Source: Candidatus Fermentibacterota bacterium (GTDB taxonomy: Bacteria > Fermentibacterota > Fermentibacteria > Fermentibacterales > JCC-6). Taken from it: a stretch of 44,372 bases of DNA. The notes beneath the pieces are model-generated. The model searched no databases and had not been told where the DNA came from. It saw only the letters and a list, made by a program, of their open reading frames with translations. The translations under genes and the position numbers were made by a program. The stretch spans positions 1 through 44,372 of the forward strand of contig QNDS01000001.1 of assembly GCA_003644925.1 (NCBI GenBank), written 5' to 3'. This document shows positions 7,474-16,016 of this stretch, piece after piece; within the stretch, counting starts at the first letter, position 1, and the number at the start of each line of letters is the position of its first letter.

Positions 7474-10286
7474 TGCAGGTAAAGCAGCCGCGAGTTCTCC
7501 ACATTATCACCAAGCTCGCTGTTGGCGGAGCTCAATACAACACTCTCATCTCTACCAGAGATATAACCGAAAAAGGATATCATTCGGATATATTGACGGG
7601 CACCGAGAGGCCTTCCGAGGGAGATCTTTTCAATCTTGCGGATAAATGGAACCTGAATATCATTACCGCACCTCATCTCAAAAGAAATATTTCCCCCTTC
7701 AGTGATATTCTTGCCCTTTGGGAAATTAAGAAGATTATCAGCAGGGGCGGGTACAATATTGTTCATACCCATGGATCAAAGGCGCGCTTTCTTGGAAGGA
7801 TCGCAGCTGCCGCATCCAGGGGAGTGATCGTAGTACAGACTGCTCATGGCTGGCCGTTTTACGCCTCAATGAACCGTATAAAGAAAAAATTCTACGTTAC
7901 CCTCGAAAAACTCGGCTTCAATCTGGCTCATATAAATATATGCGTAAGCCCAAAGGATCGTGATAAAGCCCTGGGGCATGGATTAGGTCATTTTGATGAT
8001 TACAGGATTGTACGCAGCGGAGTGAACTTCGATGAGTTCCGTGCCGCAAGAGGCAGCGGTACCGAAGCCAGAGCAAATCTAGGCATAAGCCCCGACGCGA
8101 AAGTAATCGGTTCGGTTATGCGTTTCTGCCCGGAAAAGGCTCCTGATATTTTCATAAAGGTCGCTGCAGAAGTAATAAAAGCAAAGCCTAATAGTCTCTT
8201 CATCCTTGTAGGAGATGGTCCCCTCCGAAAACAGACGGAGGACATGATCGATTCGATGGGACTCCGTGATAACATCATCCTTCTTGGAAGCAGAAAAGAT
8301 GTTGCCGATATACTCCCCGCTTTTGACGTTTTTCTGATAACTTCCCGTACCGAGGGCCTTCCCAGAGCACTTCTGGAAGCCCTTGCTGCAGGGATTCCTG
8401 TTGTTTCCACAAATGTTGGCGGAATACATGAGCTGATCTGTGACGGTCGCAACGGGTTTCTTTCGGATGAAGGTAACATTGATTCCCTTGCCGCAGATGT
8501 GAACACAATTCTGGACCATCCGGGCATGGCGAGAGAAATGATGGCGCATGTAGATGAAAATCTTGAGCCATTCTCTTCAGAACAGATGGTTAATGATCTC
8601 TATTCATTGTATACGCAGCTGATGTCACCATCGCTCAACGTAGTGTTTTTATGTGATGACGAACCTTTCAACATCCCAAAGACCATTGCACGAGTAATCA
8701 GGAAAAGACCATTTAACAGGTATACACTGGTATCTCTCCGGGGGCATGGTTCTCTCGCGAAACCTGTTCTGAACATAAGACGATACATGAATCTATATGG
8801 CCGCTTCGGATTTTATGTTCAATTATTCAGGTTCGCTGCTCTGAAGATATCCGGCATGTTATTGCTGCCAAGTCGATACTCTCACTCTCTGCGGCAGACT
8901 GCGAGACGAGAGCACACCGATTATATCGCTCTTGACAAACTCAATTCTAAGAAATCCAGGGATTACCTCAGATCACTTGACCCGGATGTGTTTATATCGG
9001 TAGCCTGCCCGCAGATACTAAGAAAGAAAATCCTGCAGATTCCCCGGCACGGAGCCTGGAACGTACACTCGGCACTTCTTCCGAGAAACAGGGGTATGCT
9101 TCCGACTTTCTGGTCTCTTCTCAACGGAGATACCCCGGGTGTTACTCTCCATAAGATGGTTCCTGAGCTCGATGCGGGCAGGATTCTGCTGCAGAGAAGC
9201 ATTAACTGTTCAATAAACGACACTACTCTTCATCAGCTCCTCGATAGAACAAAACATCTTGCCGCCGATGTAATAGCTGAAGGCCTTGATCTTCTCGACA
9301 AGGACGACTATAGGCTCATTCCAAATCCATCTGAGGATGCCACGATGAACAGATTCCCATCGAAGAAGGATATTCAGAGATTCGAGTGGCTGGGCGGGAA
9401 GGTTACCGGCATCAGGAATGCGCGTCCTGAAGTTGCTGTTTCGTTCGATGTTGAGGAATGGTTTCAGACGTATGCAGCTAGAAAATGGTATCCCAACGAC
9501 AAATGGGACCAGATAGACAGCAGGATAGACCGTGTCCTGGACAGGATTCTGGGCATTCTCGATGACCATAAAGCCAAGGCAACTTTCTTCTTTCTGGGTT
9601 GGATAGTTGAGCGTCATCCTGATCTTGTGCTCAAAATTCTCGGCAAAGGTCATGAAATTGGTTACCATGGATACAATCATGTTGAGCTTGCATCGCTGAC
9701 AAAAGACGAATTCAGAGGCAACCTTGATCGATTCTTGAAACTGGTCGATTCCCTTTCGATTCCTGTTCCTGTCGGGTTCAGGGCTCCCAGTTTTTCCATG
9801 AAGGGAGACACTTCCTGGGCCGTCGATGATATAGTAGCCCGTGGTTTCAAGTATGACAGCAGTGTATATCCTATGTTTAAGTTGCGCTATGGGATACCGG
9901 AGGCTCCGCAGGTGCCGTTCAAACTCAATGGAGAAAAAAGCTCTATCGTAGAGCTGCCCCTTGCATCAGTATCTATTGCCGGGTTGAAGGTCCCTGTGGC
10001 AGGTGGAGCATATTTCAGGTTCTACCCCGGAGTTATACATAGAATGCTGCTTCGGTCTGTCGCCAGGACCAGGAGAACCCCTGTCCTTTATTTTCATCCA
10101 TGGGAGATCGATTCAATCAATATCTCCAGCAGGATGAATCTATTTCAGAGGATAAGGCAGCATCACAATTCCGGTCAGAACACCATTTCAAAACTGCACG
10201 AAATACTTAAATACTACAAAGGCATTACTTTAAGAGAACTTGCAGAGAATTTGAAGGAAACTGACCTGCCTGATTTCAAGCTGTGA
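7473..10286 (+). CDS. tri-domain fusion: GT4-family glycosyltransferase + formyltransferase (Fmt/ArnA-N-like) + CE4 polysaccharide deacetylase (DUF3473-type)
   Basis: GT4 domain: VLHIITKLAVGGAQ..HTHGSKA..EGLPRALLEALAAGIPVV. Formyltransferase domain from about 8622: NVVFLCDD..AWNVHSALLPRNRG..ELDAGRIL. CE4 domain from about 9421: VSFDVEEWFQ..HGYNH..FRAPSF. ATG 7473 overlaps the upstream stop. The track start at 7314 overlaps the previous gene. Confidence 0.85.
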   Translation: MQVKQPRVLHIITKLAVGGAQYNTLISTRDITEKGYHSDILTGTERPSEGDLFNLADKWNLNIITAPHLKRNISPFSDILALWEIKKIISRGGYNIVHTHGSKARFLGRIAAAASRGVIVVQTAHGWPFYASMNRIKKKFYVTLEKLGFNLAHINICVSPKDRDKALGHGLGHFDDYRIVRSGVNFDEFRAARGSGTEARANLGISPDAKVIGSVMRFCPEKAPDIFIKVAAEVIKAKPNSLFILVGDGPLRKQTEDMIDSMGLRDNIILLGSRKDVADILPAFDVFLITSRTEGLPRALLEALAAGIPVVSTNVGGIHELICDGRNGFLSDEGNIDSLAADVNTILDHPGMAREMMAHVDENLEPFSSEQMVNDLYSLYTQLMSPSLNVVFLCDDEPFNIPKTIARVIRKRPFNRYTLVSLRGHGSLAKPVLNIRRYMNLYGRFGFYVQLFRFAALKISGMLLLPSRYSHSLRQTARREHTDYIALDKLNSKKSRDYLRSLDPDVFISVACPQILRKKILQIPRHGAWNVHSALLPRNRGMLPTFWSLLNGDTPGVTLHKMVPELDAGRILLQRSINCSINDTTLHQLLDRTKHLAADVIAEGLDLLDKDDYRLIPNPSEDATMNRFPSKKDIQRFEWLGGKVTGIRNARPEVAVSFDVEEWFQTYAARKWYPNDKWDQIDSRIDRVLDRILGILDDHKAKATFFFLGWIVERHPDLVLKILGKGHEIGYHGYNHVELASLTKDEFRGNLDRFLKLVDSLSIPVPVGFRAPSFSMKGDTSWAVDDIVARGFKYDSSVYPMFKLRYGIPEAPQVPFKLNGEKSSIVELPLASVSIAGLKVPVAGGAYFRFYPGVIHRMLLRSVARTRRTPVLYFHPWEIDSINISSRMNLFQRIRQHHNSGQNTISKLHEILKYYKGITLRELAENLKETDLPDFKL

Positions 10287-10287
10287 A

Positions 10288-10318
10288 AAACCGCCTGAAT
10301 AAAGACATCAGGCGGTTT
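10288..10318. terminator. bidirectional intrinsic terminator hairpin between the convergent GT-fusion and ferredoxin genes
   Basis: aaaccgcctga (10288-10298) pairs with tcaggcggttt (10308-10318) around a 9-nt loop. The A/T runs on each side give a U-tract in both directions. Confidence 0.7.
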
Positions 10319-10343
10319 CCATACTTCAAGATTCAGTCAGCTT

Positions 10344-10511
10344 TTACGGAACGTCTATAGCCCCAACCGGACAGGCGGGAACACAAGCTCCGCAATCAAT
10401 GCATGTCTCGGGGTCTATCGAATACTTATCCCCTTCACTTATTGCATCAACGGGACATTCAGGTTTGCACGCTCCGCAGGCAATACACTCATCGTTAATC
10501 TTATGTGCCAT
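10344..10511 (-). CDS. fdx: 2x[4Fe-4S] clostridial-type ferredoxin
   Basis: MAHKINDECIACGACKPECP...CIDCGACVPACP, two CxxCxxCxxxCP motifs. SD AGGAG sits 5 nt upstream of ATG 10511. The track start at 10526 contains that SD. Confidence 0.9.
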   Translation of the reverse strand: MAHKINDECIACGACKPECPVDAISEGDKYSIDPETCIDCGACVPACPVGAIDVP

Positions 10512-10568
10512 TAGCACTCCTTTCATTCCTTCTTATAGATATCGCATATTCATTGCTACATTAAGAGC

Positions 10569-10597
10569 GATTATATCCGCTCTATTAATAATGGTCA
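10569..10597 (-). promoter_or_regulatory. near-consensus sigma70 promoter upstream of ferredoxin
   Basis: On the minus strand: TTGACC (10597-10592), a 17-nt spacer, then TATAAT (10574-10569). Confidence 0.55.
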
Positions 10598-10621
10598 ATA
10601 TTTTTTGTTTCAGGCATCTGC

Positions 10622-11476
10622 TCAAGATTTGATAATAATAAGGATCCTGTCCAGCTCATCAAGATCGCTATAGCTGATCTCTATTCTGCCTGCTCTTTTT
10701 TTTCCCTTTATCCTGACCTTTGTTTTCAGAAATCTCTGCAGATTTTCCTGAAGCTTTCTGATTTCAGCGGTTTCCGCCATGGAAGCCTTTTTTACAGCTT
10801 TTCCTTTTTTCGAATTCAGCTTTCGAACCCTCTCTTCGATCGACCGTACAGATATACCCCTCTTAACCGCAAATGCCGCCACACGTGATACAAGCGCTTT
10901 GTCTGAAAGCCCCAGCAAAGCTCTCCCGTGCCCCATACTCAGTTTACCGGCTCTCAGAAGGTCGAGCACCTGGTCCGGAAGGTCCAGAAGTCTCTGATAA
11001 TTTGCCACCGAGGAACGGCTGATGCCCACTACTTCTCCCATTTTTTCCTGCGTCATGCTGAACTCTGAAGAAAGTCTCTCAAACGCCTCAGCTTTCTCAA
11101 CGGGACCAAGATCCTGGCGCTGTATGTTTTCCACCAGAGCAAGCGCAAGCATCTGCTGATCGTCTGCTTCTCTGACAACAACAGGTACTTTCTTTAAACG
11201 CGCTTCGTGCGCTGCTCTCAATCGCCGCTCTCCGGCAATCAGCTGATATCTCCCTTTGCTCCTTCTTATTACAAGCGGCTGCAGTATCCCTTGAGACATT
11301 ATAGATCTCGCCAGTGATGCAATTTCTTCTTTCTTCCATTGTTTTCTGGGCTGGAAGGGGTTTGGATCGATAAGATCTATATCAACTTCTCCGGGACTCA
11401 GTTTGTCATCATCGGTAATACCTGGAAAGATCTCTTCCATACCCTTCCCAAGCGCTCTTCTTTTTCTCTTTGTCAT
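10622..11476 (-). CDS. parB: chromosome partitioning protein ParB/Spo0J
   Basis: 284 aa. NPFQPRK, LIAGERRLRAA (the GERR box) and an HTH region. Confidence 0.9.
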   Translation of the reverse strand: MTKRKRRALGKGMEEIFPGITDDDKLSPGEVDIDLIDPNPFQPRKQWKKEEIASLARSIMSQGILQPLVIRRSKGRYQLIAGERRLRAAHEARLKKVPVVVREADDQQMLALALVENIQRQDLGPVEKAEAFERLSSEFSMTQEKMGEVVGISRSSVANYQRLLDLPDQVLDLLRAGKLSMGHGRALLGLSDKALVSRVAAFAVKRGISVRSIEERVRKLNSKKGKAVKKASMAETAEIRKLQENLQRFLKTKVRIKGKKRAGRIEISYSDLDELDRILIIIKS

Positions 11477-12234
11477 CTGCTCATCACCTCCCTGGCCAGA
11501 TCAAAGTAACTTAAAGCTCCCTTCGACTTCGCGTCGTACATAAGTACTGGAATCCCATAACTAGGTGCTTCGCTGAGCTTTACGTTCCTTGGGATATATG
11601 TGTTGAAAAGAGTGGACCCCATAAAATCTCTAACTTCCTCCTCTACTTCACGACTCAGTATCAGCCTCCTGTCGAACATCGTAAGGACAACTCCGCTTAT
11701 TTCTAATCCGGGGTTCCAGAGCTTCCTGATATTCCTCACTGTGTCCATCAGATGCGAAAGACCTTCCAGAGCGTAGTACTCACTCTGCAGTGTTACAAGA
11801 ACCTCATTTGACGCAACCAGTGCATTGATGGTCAGTAAACCCAGCGAAGGAGGGCAATCAATAAGTACGTAATCGAACCTGGCAGTGCTTTCCTCCAGCG
11901 CTTCCTTCAGAAGGTATTCTCTGTCCTCAGCACCCGCGAGCTCAATCTCAAGTCCGGAAAGGTCTCTGGATCCAGGTATGATCATAAGTCCCTCAACACC
12001 TGTATGTTTCATAACTTCATTAATATTGCTTTCTCCGAGGATAAGCGAATTTATGTTGCCTCCCTGCGTTTCGCGTATCCCCAAACCTGAAGTTGCGTTA
12101 ACCTGGGGATCAAAGTCTATCAGAAGGACATCACAGTCGTTCATAGCAAGGCTTGCACCGAGGTTGATGACTGTAGTTGTTTTTCCTACGCCGCCTTTCT
12201 GGTTAGCCACTGCTATTACCCTGGATGCCTTCAT
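11473..12234 (-). CDS. parA: chromosome partitioning ATPase ParA/Soj
   Basis: 253 aa. Deviant Walker A NQKGGVGKTT, plus DCPPSLG. It overlaps the parB start by 4 nt. Confidence 0.9.
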   Translation of the reverse strand: MKASRVIAVANQKGGVGKTTTVINLGASLAMNDCDVLLIDFDPQVNATSGLGIRETQGGNINSLILGESNINEVMKHTGVEGLMIIPGSRDLSGLEIELAGAEDREYLLKEALEESTARFDYVLIDCPPSLGLLTINALVASNEVLVTLQSEYYALEGLSHLMDTVRNIRKLWNPGLEISGVVLTMFDRRLILSREVEEEVRDFMGSTLFNTYIPRNVKLSEAPSYGIPVLMYDAKSKGALSYFDLAREVMSR

Positions 12235-12304
12235 GGTATTCCTTCGCTGTGTAATGATATCTGAAGCATATATGTGTGTTTAAAATGACCTTTGATAATC
12301 CGAA

Positions 12305-12919
12305 TCAGACTCGATACTGCACCAGAAACCCATTGCGGTCAAGCGGTGGACAATTGAGTTCAACATAACTTTCAAATTCCTCATTACCGGATATTTCCGG
12401 TTGCCTGTATACAAGCATCGAACCCTCTCCGGCAATTTCTGCTATTCTCGCAAGCAACAGGGCAGGAGGGGCTACGGCCCTGGCTACAAATTGTTTTACC
12501 TCTTCTTCCGGGTTGAAGTTCTCAAGTCTGAGCGGGACTGTCATGCAGTTATCAAGACCGAGCTCAGAAGAAGCGTAATCAAGGAACAGATACCTCTTTC
12601 TCCTTGGTTCAAGAAGTATCATGCGATAACCCATGATCGCAAGGATCATTCCGGGGAATCCGTTCCCGCTTCCTATATCGACAACTGCCTCTCTCTTATC
12701 AAGCAGAAGAGCATACTGTATTGATTCAAGGAAATGCCTTCTCCACAACCTGCCTCTTTCCCGCGGCCCGATCAGATTGATTCTTGCAGATCTTTCAAGA
12801 AGAATCCCCGCAAACTTTCCGAATATTTCAAGCTGTTTCTCGTCTACGCCGGCGTTAAGTTCTTCAATATCTTCTATCATGGTGCTCAGTGGAGGAAACG
12901 AAATGGGAAATTGTTTCAC
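12305..12919 (-). CDS. rsmG: 16S rRNA (guanine527-N7)-methyltransferase
   Basis: 204 aa. SAM motif VVDIGSGNGFPG. Conserved position between mnmG and parA. Confidence 0.9.
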   Translation of the reverse strand: MKQFPISFPPLSTMIEDIEELNAGVDEKQLEIFGKFAGILLERSARINLIGPRERGRLWRRHFLESIQYALLLDKREAVVDIGSGNGFPGMILAIMGYRMILLEPRRKRYLFLDYASSELGLDNCMTVPLRLENFNPEEEVKQFVARAVAPPALLLARIAEIAGEGSMLVYRQPEISGNEEFESYVELNCPPLDRNGFLVQYRV

Positions 12920-12927
12920 GTGGAACG
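12912..12927. promoter_or_regulatory. parS-like ParB binding site (copy 1)
   Basis: tgtttcacgtggaacg matches 14/16 positions of TGTTNCACGTGAAACA. It lies at the mnmG stop / rsmG start junction. Confidence 0.6.
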
Positions 12928-14721
12928 CTGCCTGCCCAGATATATCAGAAGCCCATGGAGGTCAGTCGGTCTTATTCCCGGTATTCTCTCCGCTCCAGCC
13001 AGCGTTTCAGGTCTTTCCCTTTCCAGGACTTCCCTTGCCTCCCAGCATATCTCATCTATCTCCATGTAAGAGCCAATTTCTCTGAGGTTGATACTGCCTA
13101 GGTTTCTGTTGGATTCGTGCCTTCTGAGGTTTCTCTCTATATAGCCTCTGTATTTTTCGTCCAGAAGTACTGATAGAAGGACTTTCTGATCCCGCTCGAC
13201 TAGAGATTCCGCCAGGGCACCAACAGCTTCAACGGTTACACCGGGTCTTCTACACCACTTGGACAGTCTCATCCCGCCTGCCGTCTTGCTTTCGAGTACA
13301 CTCCAGATGAGTTCGGCTTCTTTCAGATTAGCTGACAGGAGGTCCCTTTTTTCTTCAGACAGTATCCCAAATCTTTTTCCCGAAAGGTAAAGCCGTCTGT
13401 CTGCATTGTCCTGTCTCAAATGAAGTCTGTTCTCGGCTCTGGATGAAAACATTCTGTACGGCTCATCCGCTCCCTTGCTTACAATATCGTCTATCATTAC
13501 CCCTATATATGAATTCATTCGCGATAGCTTCAGCGGCTCTTGGTTCTTTGAGGTTCTGGCGGCGTTGGCTCCTGCAACTAATCCAAGTCCGGCAGCTTCT
13601 TCGTATCCGGAAGTTCCGCATATCTGCCCGGCCGCGAACACATTTTCCGTTTTTCTCAACCTCAGTGTATCGGCAATTTCAGAGAAGTGAAAATAAGAAT
13701 ACTCAACGGCATATCCGTAATCAGTTATTTCAGCACCTTCAAAACCCCTGAGCGATCTCACCATTTTTATCTGCGCTTCCCTTGGAAGGCTGGTTGAAAG
13801 TCCGTTCAGGTAGAAATCTCTCGACTTGTATCCCATCGGTTCAACGTATATCCTGTGTCTCTGTCTATCAGGAAATTTTACAACCTTATCCTCGTAACTC
13901 GGACAGTACCTTGGTCCTGTTCCTTCTATCCTTCCCTCCATCAGAGGAGAAAGGTGAAGATAGTCCCTTGCGATGTTCATTGTATTTATATCGGTGTGCG
14001 TTATGTAGCACACCTCTTGATCCCTTTCCTGCAGGCCTTTTCCGAAACTGAAAGTAAAGTCTGTATCTTCTGACCGCTGTACTTCGAGTTCTGCGGTATT
14101 CACAGAACTTCTTACGATTCTCGCGGGAGTACCCGTCTTAAAACGTTCCACGTGAAACATTCTTTTCACCAGGTCTCTTTCCAGCGCATCTGCAGAGATA
14201 TCTCCTATTCTCCCCCCTTTCCAGCGTTCATCTCCTCTGAAAAGCCTGCCCCGGAGGAATGTCCCTGCAGCAAGTACCACTGTTTTTCCCTTAACTCTCC
14301 CGCTTCTTCTGCACTTGACTCCTGAAACTCTTTCTGTGTCGCCGCTGAGACCTGTTACTTCGTCCTCTACAACTGCAATCCCGCTGTTTTCTATGTATAG
14401 CTGCTGTGCCCTTGCGTACTCCGCAGCATCCGACTGAACTCTCGGACCCCACACAGCAGGCCCCTTTCTTCTGTTCAGCATCCGAAAATGCAGCGATGTA
14501 GCATCCGCCGAGCGGGCCATTGATCCATCAAGTGCGTCGATTTCGCGGACGATAGTCCCCTTGGCGATTCCTCCTATTGCTGGATTGCACGACATTTCAC
14601 CGATCCGGTTTGCCTTCGCTGATATCAGAACGACCGTGCAGCCCGTTCTTCGTGCTGCGAGCGCTGCTTCTATTCCGGCATGACCCCCGCCGACTACAAT
14701 CACATCCCATGTGTCGATCAT
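12916..14721 (-). CDS. mnmG: tRNA uridine 5-carboxymethylaminomethyl modification enzyme MnmG (GidA)
   Basis: WDVIVVGGGHAGIEAA FAD motif, and full-length colinear GidA blocks. ATG 14721 abuts the mnmE stop. The track start at 14733 is also possible. Confidence 0.95.
   Translation of the reverse strand: MIDTWDVIVVGGGHAGIEAALAARRTGCTVVLISAKANRIGEMSCNPAIGGIAKGTIVREIDALDGSMARSADATSLHFRMLNRRKGPAVWGPRVQSDAAEYARAQQLYIENSGIAVVEDEVTGLSGDTERVSGVKCRRSGRVKGKTVVLAAGTFLRGRLFRGDERWKGGRIGDISADALERDLVKRMFHVERFKTGTPARIVRSSVNTAELEVQRSEDTDFTFSFGKGLQERDQEVCYITHTDINTMNIARDYLHLSPLMEGRIEGTGPRYCPSYEDKVVKFPDRQRHRIYVEPMGYKSRDFYLNGLSTSLPREAQIKMVRSLRGFEGAEITDYGYAVEYSYFHFSEIADTLRLRKTENVFAAGQICGTSGYEEAAGLGLVAGANAARTSKNQEPLKLSRMNSYIGVMIDDIVSKGADEPYRMFSSRAENRLHLRQDNADRRLYLSGKRFGILSEEKRDLLSANLKEAELIWSVLESKTAGGMRLSKWCRRPGVTVEAVGALAESLVERDQKVLLSVLLDEKYRGYIERNLRRHESNRNLGSINLREIGSYMEIDEICWEAREVLERERPETLAGAERIPGIRPTDLHGLLIYLGRQRST
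14144..14159. promoter_or_regulatory. parS-like ParB binding site (copy 2, inverted)
   Basis: cgttccacgtgaaaca is the exact reverse complement of the 16-mer at 12912-12927. It lies inside mnmG coding sequence. Confidence 0.55.
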
Positions 14722-15977
14722 TTTCCCACACACATCCCGGACAGTGCCCGCTCAACACTTAACTGTATGTTCTCTCCCCTGCTGAGAATTCGTCTTGTTT
14801 CGATCTCAGCTTCGCTCAGAAGTTCTGCCGCCAGTCCGTATTCCCCGGATGATATGAAATTGAATGACTCTTCTATGCTGCCTGATATCCTGTCGGCGAC
14901 TCCTGACAGAGACATACTCCCGGGGACTCTTGACAGCATCGTTTTCAGTTCCTCCAGTCCCTCACCCGAAATCGAGGATACGTTCAGGAGATCGGCTGTT
15001 TCCCTTCTGCCGTCCAGATCACTCTTAGCCGCGATTTCTATTATCTCTCCGGCTTTTTTTCTTACTTCGCCGGGAGGCGGTGTCTTCCCTCCAACTGACA
15101 TCCAGATAACCCTTTCCGTTCCATCAAGTCCGTCGATAACTGCTTCCGAGGCAGTTCTGTCCAATCCAAGGCCGTCCGTACCGGCAGTATCGCAGAGCTG
15201 CACTTTTCTACCGCTGACTTCAATAATACAGGTCGAGCCGTCGCGTGTGGTGCCCGGCTCCCCGGATACCAGAGCTCTGCCTTCGCCGCTCAGTAGATTG
15301 AAAAGTGTGGATTTTCCCGAATTCATCGGGCCCATAAGCATTACTCTGCCCCTTTTCTCTATGGATGCAGCTTCTCTTTTGAAAACTCCCGCTCTGCCAA
15401 TAAGCTCATCGTAAACTTTTCCGATTGCATCGTCATCCCCGTCCAGATGCGCTTCACCGAACTCAATAAAACCTTCAACAGCTTCTCTTGCGCTTTCTAT
15501 CCCGGAAAGGAGTTCCATACAGCTGTTTTCCGCTTCCCCATTGAGGGTTGTCTGCTCCCTCTCGGTATCCCATAGCGCTGCAAGTGCTATTATCTGAACA
15601 GCGCTCAGTCTTTCATTGCCGAATGCCCTTCGCGCGAACTCCCCCGGCCCGGCTCTTCTTGCCCCGTTCTTTATCAGAATTTCCATTATCGTTCTGATCG
15701 ATCGCGGTATACCGTGACAGATGATCTCGACCATCTCTTCTCCGGTGAAACTGCTTCCCCGGGGCCAGGAAACAGCGACAACCTCATCAACGGTTCTACC
15801 TTCCTGGAAAATCCTTCCGACCTTTCTTCGCATTCCCCTCAGTCGGTTCTTTTCCAGGGACATGATGTTTTCAAGAAGTTCAAAGGATCCGCTTCCGCTG
15901 ATCCTTATGACAGAAAGTGCGGATGTTCCCTCTGGCGTTGCAACGGCACAGATGATCTCCGGTGACATTGTATTCAC
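14718..15977 (-). CDS. mnmE: tRNA modification GTPase MnmE (TrmE)
   Basis: 419 aa. G1 GPMNSGKST, G2 GTTRD, G3 DTAG, and the C-terminal CVGK tetrapeptide characteristic of MnmE. Confidence 0.9.
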   Translation of the reverse strand: MNTMSPEIICAVATPEGTSALSVIRISGSGSFELLENIMSLEKNRLRGMRRKVGRIFQEGRTVDEVVAVSWPRGSSFTGEEMVEIICHGIPRSIRTIMEILIKNGARRAGPGEFARRAFGNERLSAVQIIALAALWDTEREQTTLNGEAENSCMELLSGIESAREAVEGFIEFGEAHLDGDDDAIGKVYDELIGRAGVFKREAASIEKRGRVMLMGPMNSGKSTLFNLLSGEGRALVSGEPGTTRDGSTCIIEVSGRKVQLCDTAGTDGLGLDRTASEAVIDGLDGTERVIWMSVGGKTPPPGEVRKKAGEIIEIAAKSDLDGRRETADLLNVSSISGEGLEELKTMLSRVPGSMSLSGVADRISGSIEESFNFISSGEYGLAAELLSEAEIETRRILSRGENIQLSVERALSGMCVGK

Positions 15978-16016
15978 ATCTTACTCTTTCATGCAGAACA
16001 TTTCACTGAGATGACT

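Noticed and set aside
12633-13085. Plus-strand ORFs (150, 111 and 70 aa) across the rsmG/mnmG junction
   Set aside because: They are antisense to rsmG and mnmG, have Ser/Pro/Leu-rich low-complexity translations, and have no independent support.
14680-15414. 244-aa plus-strand ORF rich in Ser and Pro, lying opposite mnmE
   Set aside because: It lies wholly antisense to a well-supported mnmE gene, has low-complexity composition, and has no SD. It is a typical shadow ORF.
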